Position numbers and translations under genes: made by a program. The notes under the pieces were generated by a model. The model searched no databases and was not told the DNA's origin. It was given only the letters and a program-made list of their open reading frames with translations. A stretch of DNA of 64,000 bases from Candidatus Latescibacterota bacterium (GTDB lineage: Bacteria; Latescibacterota; UBA2968; UBA8231), in NCBI GenBank assembly GCA_965223905.1, contig CBDCXV010000010.1:1248001-1312000 (forward strand), read 5' to 3'. Positions 28,467 through 37,377 of the stretch are shown in pieces; position 1 is the first letter of the stretch, and each line of letters starts with the position of its first letter.

Positions 28467-30935
28467 CTACTTCAGCAGCAACATCTTCCGCATCGACATA
28501 AAGCCGGCGGTGGAAAGGCGGTAGAGGTAGACGCCGCTCGCCACCTCGCGCCCCTGTTCGTCCCTGCCGTCCCAGGTGAAGGCGTGCCCGCCGGGGCCGA
28601 GGCCCTCCCAGGTCAGCAGCTGCAGCCTCCGCCCGGACAGGTCGAAGATCTCCAGGTGCAGGGGCCGGTCCCCCTGACTGCCGAGGACGTCGAAGCGGAT
28701 GGTGGTCCCGGCATTGAATGGATTGGGCACGTTCTGATACAGCACCGCGGCGACGGGCAACGCCGGTGCCCGCAGCCGGTAGGCATTTCCGGCAGCTACC
28801 ACGATCATGTCCCGCTGGAGGGAGGCAAACTGCTTCAGCTCGACCGGCGGAGACCGCACCGCGGCGTACTCGACGACCGGGTCCCCGAAGGTGTACTCGG
28901 AGTCGATCCAGACGCCGCCGCTGAGGTAGAACTGCCTTCCGAACCAGGAGGCGCTGGCGAGCTGTTCTTCTACTGCCGTGGTACCGCCTCCGCCTGAATC
29001 TGCCGTGGTACCGCCTCCGCCCGAATCGCCAACCGCTTCATCCGAGACCCCCTCGGGCAGGACCAGCGGCTGTACCACTCTGGACAGCTCGGTGCCGTCG
29101 TTGCGCACCACCCGGTCCACGGCGACGAAAGAGGTATAGGCGGTGAGCAGGTTGTAGGTCAGACCCAGCTCCATGATATGGCTTCGCACTCGCGCCTCCA
29201 GCCCCAGCCCCGCGTAGTCCCCCAGGGTGGCGATGAGCCGGCGGGCCCAGAGATAGCGGAGCGCCGCGTTGGACTCGTCGGGAGTCACCTGGGAGACGTC
29301 GATTTCGAAGGCGTACTCCCCCTGCCCCGTATGACCCCGCAGCGACAGGGTGCCCTGCCGTTCCCCCTGCCATTTCCCGTAGACCAGGACGGGCCGCTGC
29401 GCCAGCAGGTCCGGGATGACCGCCGGTTCCACCTCGTAGATGTCGAACCCCTCGGCCGCGAAGGTCGCTCCCGAAAGGACCGGGATGCGGATGTACTCGC
29501 GGAACCGGGCGGCCGTCTCTTCGGCCTCGTCCTCCCGGGTGACGACGAACGGCTCCCCGAATCCGACGCGCGCGATCCCCTCGATAAGGAAGCGGTTGAC
29601 GCTGGATCCTATGCCGAAGGCGAAGACGTTCGCGTCTCCGAGATTGTCCCTTATCAGGTCGAATACCTCCGCCTCCGCCGAGATGTACCCGTCGGTGGCG
29701 ATCACGATCGAGCGGGAGGTCTTCTCGCTCGTTCTCGGCAGCTGTATGGCGCGCTCGAGGGCCGCCCCGAGCCGGGTGCCGCCCGCTCCCTCGCTGGCAT
29801 CGATGAACTCGAGGGCCAGCTCTATGTTCTCACTCGATGACGGAAGGGATTTTTCCGACATCAGGTTGGAAACCCCGGCGAACAGCAGCACGTTGAAGTG
29901 GTCGGTCGGTCGAAGCGGCTCGATCAGGTCCCTCAGCAGCGCCTTCGACACATCGAGCGGATAGCCGCCCATCGACCCGGACACGTCGACGACGAAGATG
30001 TACTCCCGCGGGGGAATCTCCTCCTCGGAGACGCGCTCCGGCGGCTGGCCCATGAACAGGAAGAAGTTTTCGTCCAGGAAGCTTTCCCCCTCCCCCTCGT
30101 AGAGCAGCAGACCGGTTTCGATCCGGTCGCCCGCCAGGCTGTAGCGCAGGATGTAATCCCGGTTGCCGCCGGACTCGTCCGACTCGAGCAGCCCGACCCG
30201 CGCCCGGCCCGCCTCCGGGTAGGAGACGTCGACCTCGTGGGAAATCGAGTACAGGGCCTGAATCGGCACCCCGGTGGTCAGCTCGACGTCGATGTCGAAA
30301 CCGTAGGCGGCCGGCTCCCCTTCATGGGTGTAGGGCGTCGCCACGAACAGATCTCTGGAATCGGCCTCGGCCAGGGGAGTCTCCGAGTACCGCGGTCCCA
30401 CCACGGTCGGATATACGAACTCGTACTCCCCTTCGGCCGGCACGAGGGTTTCGGTGTAGCTCAGCTCGACGAAGATGGTATCTCCCGGCAGGATGTTGCC
30501 CACGGTCATCTGAAAGACGTTGGGACGCTGCTGCTCGAGGAGCGAGGCGGTGCGGCCCTCTTCGACCGCCTCTTCGTACTCCTGGCGCGCCTGTTCCCGT
30601 TCCCGTATCTCGGCCGTTATGATGCGGTCGCCGATGGTCATCTCCATTCCGTACACTGCGGCCTGGGTGGAGGCGGGGAATATATAGGTGGCCTCGAGGG
30701 GCCGTTCCCCTTCGTTGGCGTACTCCTGGCGGATCCTGACGTCGGCGATGACACCGGCGATCACCACCGTGGCGGCAACCGATTTCAGAGGAAGCTGGTC
30801 GAGGTCGGGATCGTCGGTTTCGACGAAGAAGAACGGGGAAAGGGTTTGCTGCGGGGGCTCCTGGAATTCCTGCTGCCCCCGGCCGGGCGAGGTGAGGAAT
30901 ACGAGGGTCAGCAGACAGGCGATGGGAACGATCAT
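28467..30935 (-). CDS. Secreted VIT + vWA domain protein with C-terminal FlgD-Ig/sorting-like domain
   Basis: SD AGGAGG, start MIVPIACLL; VIT (LEATYIFP...ASLLEQQRPNVF), vWA DVSGSMGG and ATDG; C-terminal QNVPNPFNAGTTIRF...WDGRDEQGREVASGVYLYRL...KMLLLK. Confidence 0.88.
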   Translation of the reverse strand: MIVPIACLLTLVFLTSPGRGQQEFQEPPQQTLSPFFFVETDDPDLDQLPLKSVAATVVIAGVIADVRIRQEYANEGERPLEATYIFPASTQAAVYGMEMTIGDRIITAEIREREQARQEYEEAVEEGRTASLLEQQRPNVFQMTVGNILPGDTIFVELSYTETLVPAEGEYEFVYPTVVGPRYSETPLAEADSRDLFVATPYTHEGEPAAYGFDIDVELTTGVPIQALYSISHEVDVSYPEAGRARVGLLESDESGGNRDYILRYSLAGDRIETGLLLYEGEGESFLDENFFLFMGQPPERVSEEEIPPREYIFVVDVSGSMGGYPLDVSKALLRDLIEPLRPTDHFNVLLFAGVSNLMSEKSLPSSSENIELALEFIDASEGAGGTRLGAALERAIQLPRTSEKTSRSIVIATDGYISAEAEVFDLIRDNLGDANVFAFGIGSSVNRFLIEGIARVGFGEPFVVTREDEAEETAARFREYIRIPVLSGATFAAEGFDIYEVEPAVIPDLLAQRPVLVYGKWQGERQGTLSLRGHTGQGEYAFEIDVSQVTPDESNAALRYLWARRLIATLGDYAGLGLEARVRSHIMELGLTYNLLTAYTSFVAVDRVVRNDGTELSRVVQPLVLPEGVSDEAVGDSGGGGTTADSGGGGTTAVEEQLASASWFGRQFYLSGGVWIDSEYTFGDPVVEYAAVRSPPVELKQFASLQRDMIVVAAGNAYRLRAPALPVAAVLYQNVPNPFNAGTTIRFDVLGSQGDRPLHLEIFDLSGRRLQLLTWEGLGPGGHAFTWDGRDEQGREVASGVYLYRLSTAGFMSMRKMLLLK

Positions 30936-31227
30936 GGCGCACCTCCTGGAGGGTCGCTCGAAATGGAGCGTGTGAGTGCGGATCGAAAGCCGGGGCACGG
31001 CCCGAAGATGCCGCCGCGATATCGGGAGCAGGAACTTCTCCCTCACTTCGGCCCAGTAGCTGATTTCTTCCGCGGAAATGCGATGATCCGCCATGGCGGT
31101 CTCCGTGTCAGGGGCCGGTAAGGTAACCGCTTGGATACCCGCGATGAAGCCGTCGAGCCCGTGGTGGGATGCCACCCCGGGCGGAAGGGCAACCCGGAGC
31201 AGGGGGAAGCTGTCCCTCCCGCAGGCG

Positions 31228-31623
31228 TCACATCCGCGGCATCGGCTCGAACAGGGAGATGTCCTCCATCGGGTAGTGGCCGCGGTTGTAGGTGACCAAA
31301 ACGAGACCCCTTTCCTTCGCCGTCGCGGCTATGAGCGCATCCCCCCGGCCCAGGGTCACCCCCCGGCCGCGGAAGTCGCGCCAGTACCCGGCCGCGGCCA
31401 GGGCGACGCGGCTGTCCGCGGCGATCTGGTCCAGCGTCTCGAGGAATCGGCGCGTCGGCTCCTCCTCCTGAGGGCGGGCGCCCACCCAGACCTCGAACGC
31501 GGAGAGCGCGGAGCAGCCCAGGGGTTGTTCGTCCTCGATGGTCCGCAGCAGGGCCTCGGTGGGCTCGTGGCCCCGCAGGTGCCAGATGATGACGTCGGTG
31601 TCGAGCAGGTAGCGCAGCGCCAT
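31228..31623 (-). CDS. vapC: PIN-domain toxin VapC
   Basis: YLLDTDVII, SAFEVWVG, DALIAATA, LVTYNRGHY. Confidence 0.9.
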   Translation of the reverse strand: MALRYLLDTDVIIWHLRGHEPTEALLRTIEDEQPLGCSALSAFEVWVGARPQEEEPTRRFLETLDQIAADSRVALAAAGYWRDFRGRGVTLGRGDALIAATAKERGLVLVTYNRGHYPMEDISLFEPMPRM

Positions 31624-31899
31624 TCAACCGCTCTCCGGTCTTCCGGGTTTGCGCCAGCCCTCCTCGTCCCGAAGGGAATCGATCTGTTTCCACACGTCCT
31701 CGTGTGTCCGCAGGTGAGGGTAGTCGTCGTCGCGCCAGGCCCCGAAGGTCTGCTCTCTTTCCGTTCGGAAGGCCAGCTGCCTCAGGCGGCTCTCGATGGC
31801 CTCGGCGATGAACTCGCTTCGCTTCCGCTCGGGCACGCGGGCCCGCAGCGCGGCCGCGGTCGCCTCCGGAAGGACGATGGTGGTACGCACTTTGTTCAT
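31624..31899 (-). CDS. Ribbon-helix-helix antitoxin
   Basis: VRTTIVLPE...RKRSEFIAEAIESRL; directly upstream of vapC. Confidence 0.8.
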   Translation of the reverse strand: MNKVRTTIVLPEATAAALRARVPERKRSEFIAEAIESRLRQLAFRTEREQTFGAWRDDDYPHLRTHEDVWKQIDSLRDEEGWRKPGRPESG

Positions 31900-32128
31900 T
31901 GTTATCCGGCCGATCGGTATGACATGTGAGCTGATTTCATGTGACTTGATGTATGCATAACCATGAAGCGGAGGCTGCCGGCGTCAAGGCTTGCCGGTAG
32001 CCTCCGGGCGGCGGCGTTCCACGGGTCTTTCAGGAATGAGCGTAAGCCGACCTTGCAGCCTTCGGGGATGGCGCCAGGACTGGAACGACACGGGGGTGAG
32101 CGTTTGCCGCGCCGTTTCCGCGGTTTCG

Positions 32129-33139
32129 TCAGGGGCGGAAGAGGTTGACGCTGAAGCGGCGCCCGGGGTCGAACCACTGGTGTTCGAGGGTCATCCCCGC
32201 GGCCGCGGCGAGGGCCTCGATCTCCGCCGCGGAGTACTTGTAGGAGTTCTCGGTGTGGATGGTCTCGCCGTCGGTGAATCCGATCGCGAGCCCCAGCCCC
32301 TCTATGGCGACCGTCTGGGCGCCGGTGCTCTCGAGGTGCATCTCGACGCGCCCGAGCTGCTCGTCCCAGACAGCGCGGTGGCGGAACCGCTCGAGGTCGA
32401 AGCGTCCCCCGAGGTCGCGGTTGATGCGCGCCAGGATGTTCTTGTTGAAGCGGGCGGTCACTCCCTCGCTGTCGTCGTAGGCGCGCTCGAGCACGGCCGC
32501 CTCCTTGCGCAGGTCGATCCCGGCGAGAAAGCGGTCGTCCGGGGACATGGCGGCGCGCACCCCGGCGATGAAGTCGGCGGCTTCGGCCCGCTCGAAGTTG
32601 CCGACGTTCGACCCCAGCCACAGGATCAGCCGCCGGCCCCCGGGGTTCTGCCGGAGGTATTCGAGGCCGTCTCCGTACTCCCCGGCCACGGCGAGGATCT
32701 CGAGGTCCTCGAACTCCTCGGTCAGCGCCGCGGAGCTTTCTTCCAGGGCTGACCGCGAGATGTCGACGGGAATGAACCGCAGGCCGCCCTGGCGCTCGAT
32801 CAGGGCCTCGATCAGCAGCCGCGTCTTGACCGCGGAGCCGCTGCCGAGCTCGACGAGGGTGACCTCGCCGGCAAACAGGGCGGCGATCTCGGGGGCGCGG
32901 CGCTCGAGGATGGCGTGCTCGGCCCGGGTCAGGTAGTACTCGGGGAGGCCGCAGATCTCCTCGAACAACTTCGAACCGGCCTCGTCGTAGAAGTAGCGGC
33001 AGGACAGCCGTTTCGGTGAGCCGGTCAGGCCGGCCCTGACGTCGCCGGCGAAGTCCGCGGTATGGACGCGGCCGGCCGCGGCCAGGAGAGTGATCGCGCC
33101 GGCGGCGGCGGGCGCGGGCTGGACGGCGAATCGGGTGAT
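32129..33139 (-). CDS. egtD: L-histidine N-alpha-methyltransferase (hercynine synthesis)
   Basis: FAGDVRAGLTGSPKRLSCRYFYDEAGSKLFEEICGLPEYYLTRAE, LVELGSGS, WLGSNVGNF, AYDDSEGVTARFN, IHTENSYKY. The frame opens at 33139 on ATC; no canonical start codon. Confidence 0.9.
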   Translation of the reverse strand: MTRFAVQPAPAAAGAITLLAAAGRVHTADFAGDVRAGLTGSPKRLSCRYFYDEAGSKLFEEICGLPEYYLTRAEHAILERRAPEIAALFAGEVTLVELGSGSAVKTRLLIEALIERQGGLRFIPVDISRSALEESSAALTEEFEDLEILAVAGEYGDGLEYLRQNPGGRRLILWLGSNVGNFERAEAADFIAGVRAAMSPDDRFLAGIDLRKEAAVLERAYDDSEGVTARFNKNILARINRDLGGRFDLERFRHRAVWDEQLGRVEMHLESTGAQTVAIEGLGLAIGFTDGETIHTENSYKYSAAEIEALAAAAGMTLEHQWFDPGRRFSVNLFRP

Positions 33140-33150
33140 GGCTCAGGCTC

Positions 33151-33345
33151 CCGGGCTATTCCACCGGCTCGAGGCGGGCGCATCCGCGGCAGGCTTCCGC
33201 CCATCTGTTGCTGGGACAGGACACGGGGTGATCGCTCCGGGCTATTCCACCGGCTCGAGGCGGGCGCATCCGCGGCAGGCTTCCGCCCATCTGTTGCTGG
33301 GACAGGACACGGGGTGATCGCTCCGGGCTATTCCACCGGCTCGAG
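33151..33345. repeat. Tandem repeat, 86-bp period, two full copies plus a 23-bp partial
   Basis: ccgggctattccaccggctcgag at 33151, 33237 and 33323, separated by identical 63-bp segments. Confidence 0.95.
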
Positions 33346-34845
33346 ACGCAGGCCCTTCGGCACCAGGACTCGCTCCGAAAGCTCGAACAGCCCCTGCACC
33401 GCCAGGGCGAGGAGCGCCGCGGGAATCGCCCCCTCCATGATCAGCCGGTTGTCGGCGAGCCGCAGGCCGGTCATGATCGGCTGTCCGTAGCCGCCGGCGC
33501 CGATGAAGGCGCCGATGGTGGCGAAGCCGACGTTGATGACCGCCGAGGTCTTGATGCCGGCCAGGATCGCGCGTGAAGCGAGGGGGAGCTCGATGCGCCG
33601 CAGCCGCACCCACGGAGGCAGGCCGAGGGCCGCGGCCGACTCCCGCAGGGGACCCGGTATGTCGCGGAGGCCGGTGCAGGTGTTGCGCACGATCGGCAGC
33701 AGGCTGTAGAGGAAGAGGGCGGCGATGGCCGGCGGTTCGCCGATGCCGAACGGCTGGATCATGAACACCAGCAGGGCGAGGGCCGGCAGCGTCTGTATGA
33801 CCCCGGTCATCCCGAGGATGACCTGTCCGAGCCGCGCCCACTTGGCGGCGAGGATCCCCAGGGGCAGGGAGACGGCGATGGCCGCGGCCAGCGAGATCCC
33901 GGTCAGGGCGAGGTGCTCCCGGGTGCGCCGCAGCAGGCGGTCCCACAGGGTCGTCTCGACGACCGTGCTTTCGATCTTCAGGGCCCCGGCGAGGAAATCC
34001 GCGGCGACCTTCTCCTCGGGCACGAGCTCGAGCTTGGCGCGGCCGTTGAGCCCCGACATCGTCCTGTCGTCGATGAGCCCCTCGAGCCGGAGGATCGAGC
34101 GCACCGCCTCCGGGGCCCTGCCGGCGAGGTCGGAGCGGTAAAGGACGACGGCGTTGTAGGCCGGGAAGTGGCGGAGGTCGTCGGCCAGCGTTCTCAGGTT
34201 GTAGAACTCGATCTCGGCATCGGTCGAATACATGTCGGTGACGTCGATGTCCCCGGACTCGAGCCCGCGATAGGCGAGGTCGTGCTGCAGTCCCTGGACG
34301 TTTCGATGCCGCAGGCCGTAGCGGTCGCGCAGGCTGGGCCAGCCGTCGCCGCGGTCGAGGAACTCGTTGCTGAAGCCGAAGCGGAGGCCGGGCTGCTTCT
34401 TCAGGTCGGATATGGTCCGCATCCCCAGGCTGTCGGCGAGCGCCTCCGGCATCCCCATCGCGTAGGTGTTGTTGAAGCCGATGGGGCGGCTCATCGCCAG
34501 GCCGTGCTCTTCGAGGGCGGCGCGTATCGCCTCCAAGCCGTGGACGCCGCCGCCCGCCAGGATCTCCTCGCTGATCGTGCCCGTGTACTCGGGGTAGGCG
34601 TCGAGGTCGCCGCGCAGCAGGGCCTCCCACAGGACCCGGGTGCCCCCCAGCTCGCTCTGGTGGGTGACCTCGGCCCCGGAGGCCGCGGCGAGCTGCGCCA
34701 CCATCTCGCCGAGAAGGACGTTCTCCGTGAACGACTTGGAGCCGACGCGGATCTGCGGAGCGTCGGTTCCGGCCCCAGCCCCGGCCGGGCATGCAAGAAG
34801 AAGGGCGGCTGCCGCGGCCGCGGCGCCGGTGCGGAGCGGGTTCAC
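33328..34845 (-). CDS. Betaine/osmoprotectant-family ABC transporter, substrate-binding + permease fusion (OpuBC/EgtU-like)
   Basis: VGSKSFTENVLLGE, YPEYTGT, GFNNTYA, EFLDRGDG, YSTDAEI; permease QTLPALALL...LYSLLPIVRNT...IGAGGYG. Confidence 0.88.
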   Translation of the reverse strand: MNPLRTGAAAAAAALLLACPAGAGAGTDAPQIRVGSKSFTENVLLGEMVAQLAAASGAEVTHQSELGGTRVLWEALLRGDLDAYPEYTGTISEEILAGGGVHGLEAIRAALEEHGLAMSRPIGFNNTYAMGMPEALADSLGMRTISDLKKQPGLRFGFSNEFLDRGDGWPSLRDRYGLRHRNVQGLQHDLAYRGLESGDIDVTDMYSTDAEIEFYNLRTLADDLRHFPAYNAVVLYRSDLAGRAPEAVRSILRLEGLIDDRTMSGLNGRAKLELVPEEKVAADFLAGALKIESTVVETTLWDRLLRRTREHLALTGISLAAAIAVSLPLGILAAKWARLGQVILGMTGVIQTLPALALLVFMIQPFGIGEPPAIAALFLYSLLPIVRNTCTGLRDIPGPLRESAAALGLPPWVRLRRIELPLASRAILAGIKTSAVINVGFATIGAFIGAGGYGQPIMTGLRLADNRLIMEGAIPAALLALAVQGLFELSERVLVPKGLRLEPVE

Positions 34846-35591
34846 GTATCCGCTCCGAGGACCTGCAGCGGCGTCCGCTGCGCGTTGATGAACCGGGACA
34901 CGAACGGATCCGCCGGCGAGTCGACCAGCTCCTGCAACGTCCCCTGCTGCACGATCTCCCCTTCCCGCAGGAGCACGAGGCGGTCGCCGAAGAAGCCGGC
35001 CTCGCCGATGTCGTGGGTGACGGCGACCACGGTTTTCCGCAGGGCCCTGAAGATGTCGCGCAGGTCCCCCTGCAGCTCGGAGCGCACGATCGGGTCGAGG
35101 GCGCCCAGCGGCTCGTCGAGGAGCAGCACCTCGGGATCGAGCATCAGCGCCCGCATCAGGCTGACGCGCTGTTTCTGGCCGCCGGAAAGCTGCGCCGGGA
35201 AGCGGTCGAGCCCGTCGAAGGGGAAGCGGGTCAGCTCCGCCAGCTCGCGCAGGCGGGCCTCGACGCGGTCTTCGTCCCAGCCGAGATGGCGCGCCAGCAG
35301 GGCGGCGTTGTCGCGCGCGCTCAGGTGCGGAAACAGGCCCCCGTCCTGGATCACGTACCCCATGCGGCGCCGCAGGTCGAGCACGTCGCCCCCGTCGAAA
35401 CCCCTGCCGTCGAAGGAGACGGTCCCGGTGTCGGGCCGGATCAGGCAGATCATCAGGCGCAGCAGGGTCGACTTGCCACAGCCGCTCGGACCGATCAGCA
35501 CCGTGGTGACGCCGGCCTGGATGGTCAGGTCGGTGGGGCGCAGGGCAACGGTGTGGCCGAACGATTTCGAGACGCCGGTCAGTTGCAGCAT
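34842..35591 (-). CDS. Betaine-family ABC transporter ATPase
   Basis: GPSGCGKST, GYVIQDGGLFPH, LSGGQKQRV, DEPLGALDP, VTHD. Confidence 0.9.
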   Translation of the reverse strand: MLQLTGVSKSFGHTVALRPTDLTIQAGVTTVLIGPSGCGKSTLLRLMICLIRPDTGTVSFDGRGFDGGDVLDLRRRMGYVIQDGGLFPHLSARDNAALLARHLGWDEDRVEARLRELAELTRFPFDGLDRFPAQLSGGQKQRVSLMRALMLDPEVLLLDEPLGALDPIVRSELQGDLRDIFRALRKTVVAVTHDIGEAGFFGDRLVLLREGEIVQQGTLQELVDSPADPFVSRFINAQRTPLQVLGADT

Positions 35592-35920
35592 GCTATTCTG
35601 TCAGGATTCAATGGGTATTCCGGTGACGCAGGGCTCCGCTCCTGCCGTCGAACATCCCGTTTTCGTCGGAGGTTTGGATTTTGTTTCGGGAAATGGACAC
35701 GTCTGGAAAAGCCGGGTGGGGATGGCGTGTACTGGATGGGGAGTCTCTCGACGCGGGGCGCCAAGAATAGCCACGGCCCCCGCGGCCGGCAACCTGGGGT
35801 GAATACTGCGGGAGTTCCGCAGCCTGGCGCCGAAAAAGCCGGGTGCGGCGCATGACCGCGGCCGGGGCAATGCCGGATGCGTGAGAGACACCTGCCGGGG
35901 TCGCCGCTGTCCCGCAACCG

Positions 35921-36694
35921 TCAGAGCAGCCGGCGCAACCGGAGCATGCGCAGCACCCAGAAGGCCCCCAGGGCCCCGAGCAGGTGCTTCAGGGAATGGC
36001 CGCTGACGAAGCCCACCGCCTCGTATACCGCCAGGTCCAACAGCTCCGCGGCTTTCGCCAGCAGGTAGAACAGGGCGACGACGTAGAGATCGGACCCGCG
36101 CGTGTACGGCGACGGCAGCAGGCGGACCATGAGGGGGACGAACACAATCGGGTAGCCCTGGGCGACGATGTAGTAGCGCAGGTCTCCGGCTCCGGCGCGC
36201 TCGGTGAAGTGCCAGTAGAGGACGCTGAAGATGCCGAAGGCGATCAGCGGCAGCAGGGCGACGGTGCCGGCGCGCCGGGCGAGGCGCTCGGACAGGACCG
36301 CGGAGAGGAAGGCCATGAAGGCGATGCTCATCGGCAGGCGGTCCCACAGCAGGGTATCGTTGCCGGGATCGAGGTGATACCAGGCCGAGCCGACGCCGAC
36401 GAGAGCCACCGAGAGGAAGAGGGCATGGTAGGCCAGCGAGTCGGCCGGGTGCTGGAAAGCCTGCTGCCCCGGGTCCGCGGCGAGGCGGAAAACCGCACCG
36501 AACCCCCACAGACCCACCAGCAGGAAGGGGAGGTTGGAGATCACGTTGAGGCAATGCGGGATGCCGAGCAGGGGGCGCTGATCGGCGAACTGGTGGTAGG
36601 CCGGATCCTGCGGAATCGGCGCCTGCAGGAAAACGGCCGCCCAGAAGGCGACCGTCAGGCAGGCGAGCAGCCGCAGGCGGTGGTCGCGCTTCAT
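35921..36694 (-). CDS. Ceramidase-like (CREST) membrane hydrolase
   Basis: YHQFADQR, NVISNLPF, GSAWYH, WDRLPM, SGHSLKHL; 7 TM. Confidence 0.82.
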   Translation of the reverse strand: MKRDHRLRLLACLTVAFWAAVFLQAPIPQDPAYHQFADQRPLLGIPHCLNVISNLPFLLVGLWGFGAVFRLAADPGQQAFQHPADSLAYHALFLSVALVGVGSAWYHLDPGNDTLLWDRLPMSIAFMAFLSAVLSERLARRAGTVALLPLIAFGIFSVLYWHFTERAGAGDLRYYIVAQGYPIVFVPLMVRLLPSPYTRGSDLYVVALFYLLAKAAELLDLAVYEAVGFVSGHSLKHLLGALGAFWVLRMLRLRRLL

Positions 36695-36706
36695 CTGCCG
36701 GCGCGG

Positions 36707-37135
36707 TCAGCCGGAGGAGGACTCGGAGGCGCCGGTGTGTCGCTCGCCGTAGGGAACCTCGCAGGTCTCGTCGGCGCACTCGACCCTGCCGAACCGGTGG
36801 CGGTTGCGGGCGACGAGGCCGTAGCCGGCGCGGAACAGCTGCCTGATAACCGGAAGGCGGTAGACCCAGGCGAGCAGGTGCCAGGGAGGGAGCCGGCGGT
36901 AGATCTCGTAGACCGCGTCGGCCCCGACGTCGACCCGGCCGCCGTCGTGAATCAGGCGCAGTCCGGTGTTGAAGTCGGAACTCGTGAGGACGGGAAACCG
37001 CTCCTCGATGCCGGCGGTCTGGCGCGGCAGGTACTCGAAGCGGCCGTTGCGGTCGAAGCGGCGGATGCGGCCGAGGCTCCAGAGGCAGAACCGGCATTCG
37101 CCGTCGTACACGATTGCGGGACGGGGTTCGCTCAT
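36707..37135 (-). CDS. DCC1/DUF393 thiol-disulfide oxidoreductase
   Basis: VYDGECRFC, Y.LVARNRHR and C-terminal C...C. Confidence 0.85.
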   Translation of the reverse strand: MSEPRPAIVYDGECRFCLWSLGRIRRFDRNGRFEYLPRQTAGIEERFPVLTSSDFNTGLRLIHDGGRVDVGADAVYEIYRRLPPWHLLAWVYRLPVIRQLFRAGYGLVARNRHRFGRVECADETCEVPYGERHTGASESSSG

Positions 37136-37377
37136 GCCTTCAAGATAGCGAGGGGAAAAGCCAGCGCAAACGGCACGGCGGGTTGTCTTCCCAGTCCGGA
37201 GAATCGCTCCATATCACACTGCCGCAATGGGTTGAGCTGTTTCCCGAATCCAATTTCCGGAGCTGCATAAATACGACAGCCGGGCTGGCGTCTGCATCTT
37301 GTGATAGAGCCAGTACCAGCCCGCCGCCGGATCGCGCATGACGCTGAACCTATCGCCGCTCGCCCGCCAAGGGCCCC

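Noticed and set aside
25436-28524. Long antisense or off-frame ORFs (883 aa, 762 aa) and similar shadows across the window
   Set aside because: High-GC shadow ORFs with Arg/Pro/Gly-rich composition overlapping well-supported genes.
35677-35712. TGT-N12-ACA box upstream of the betaine-type transporter
   Set aside because: Single short motif with no nearby regulator or sigma54 promoter seen.
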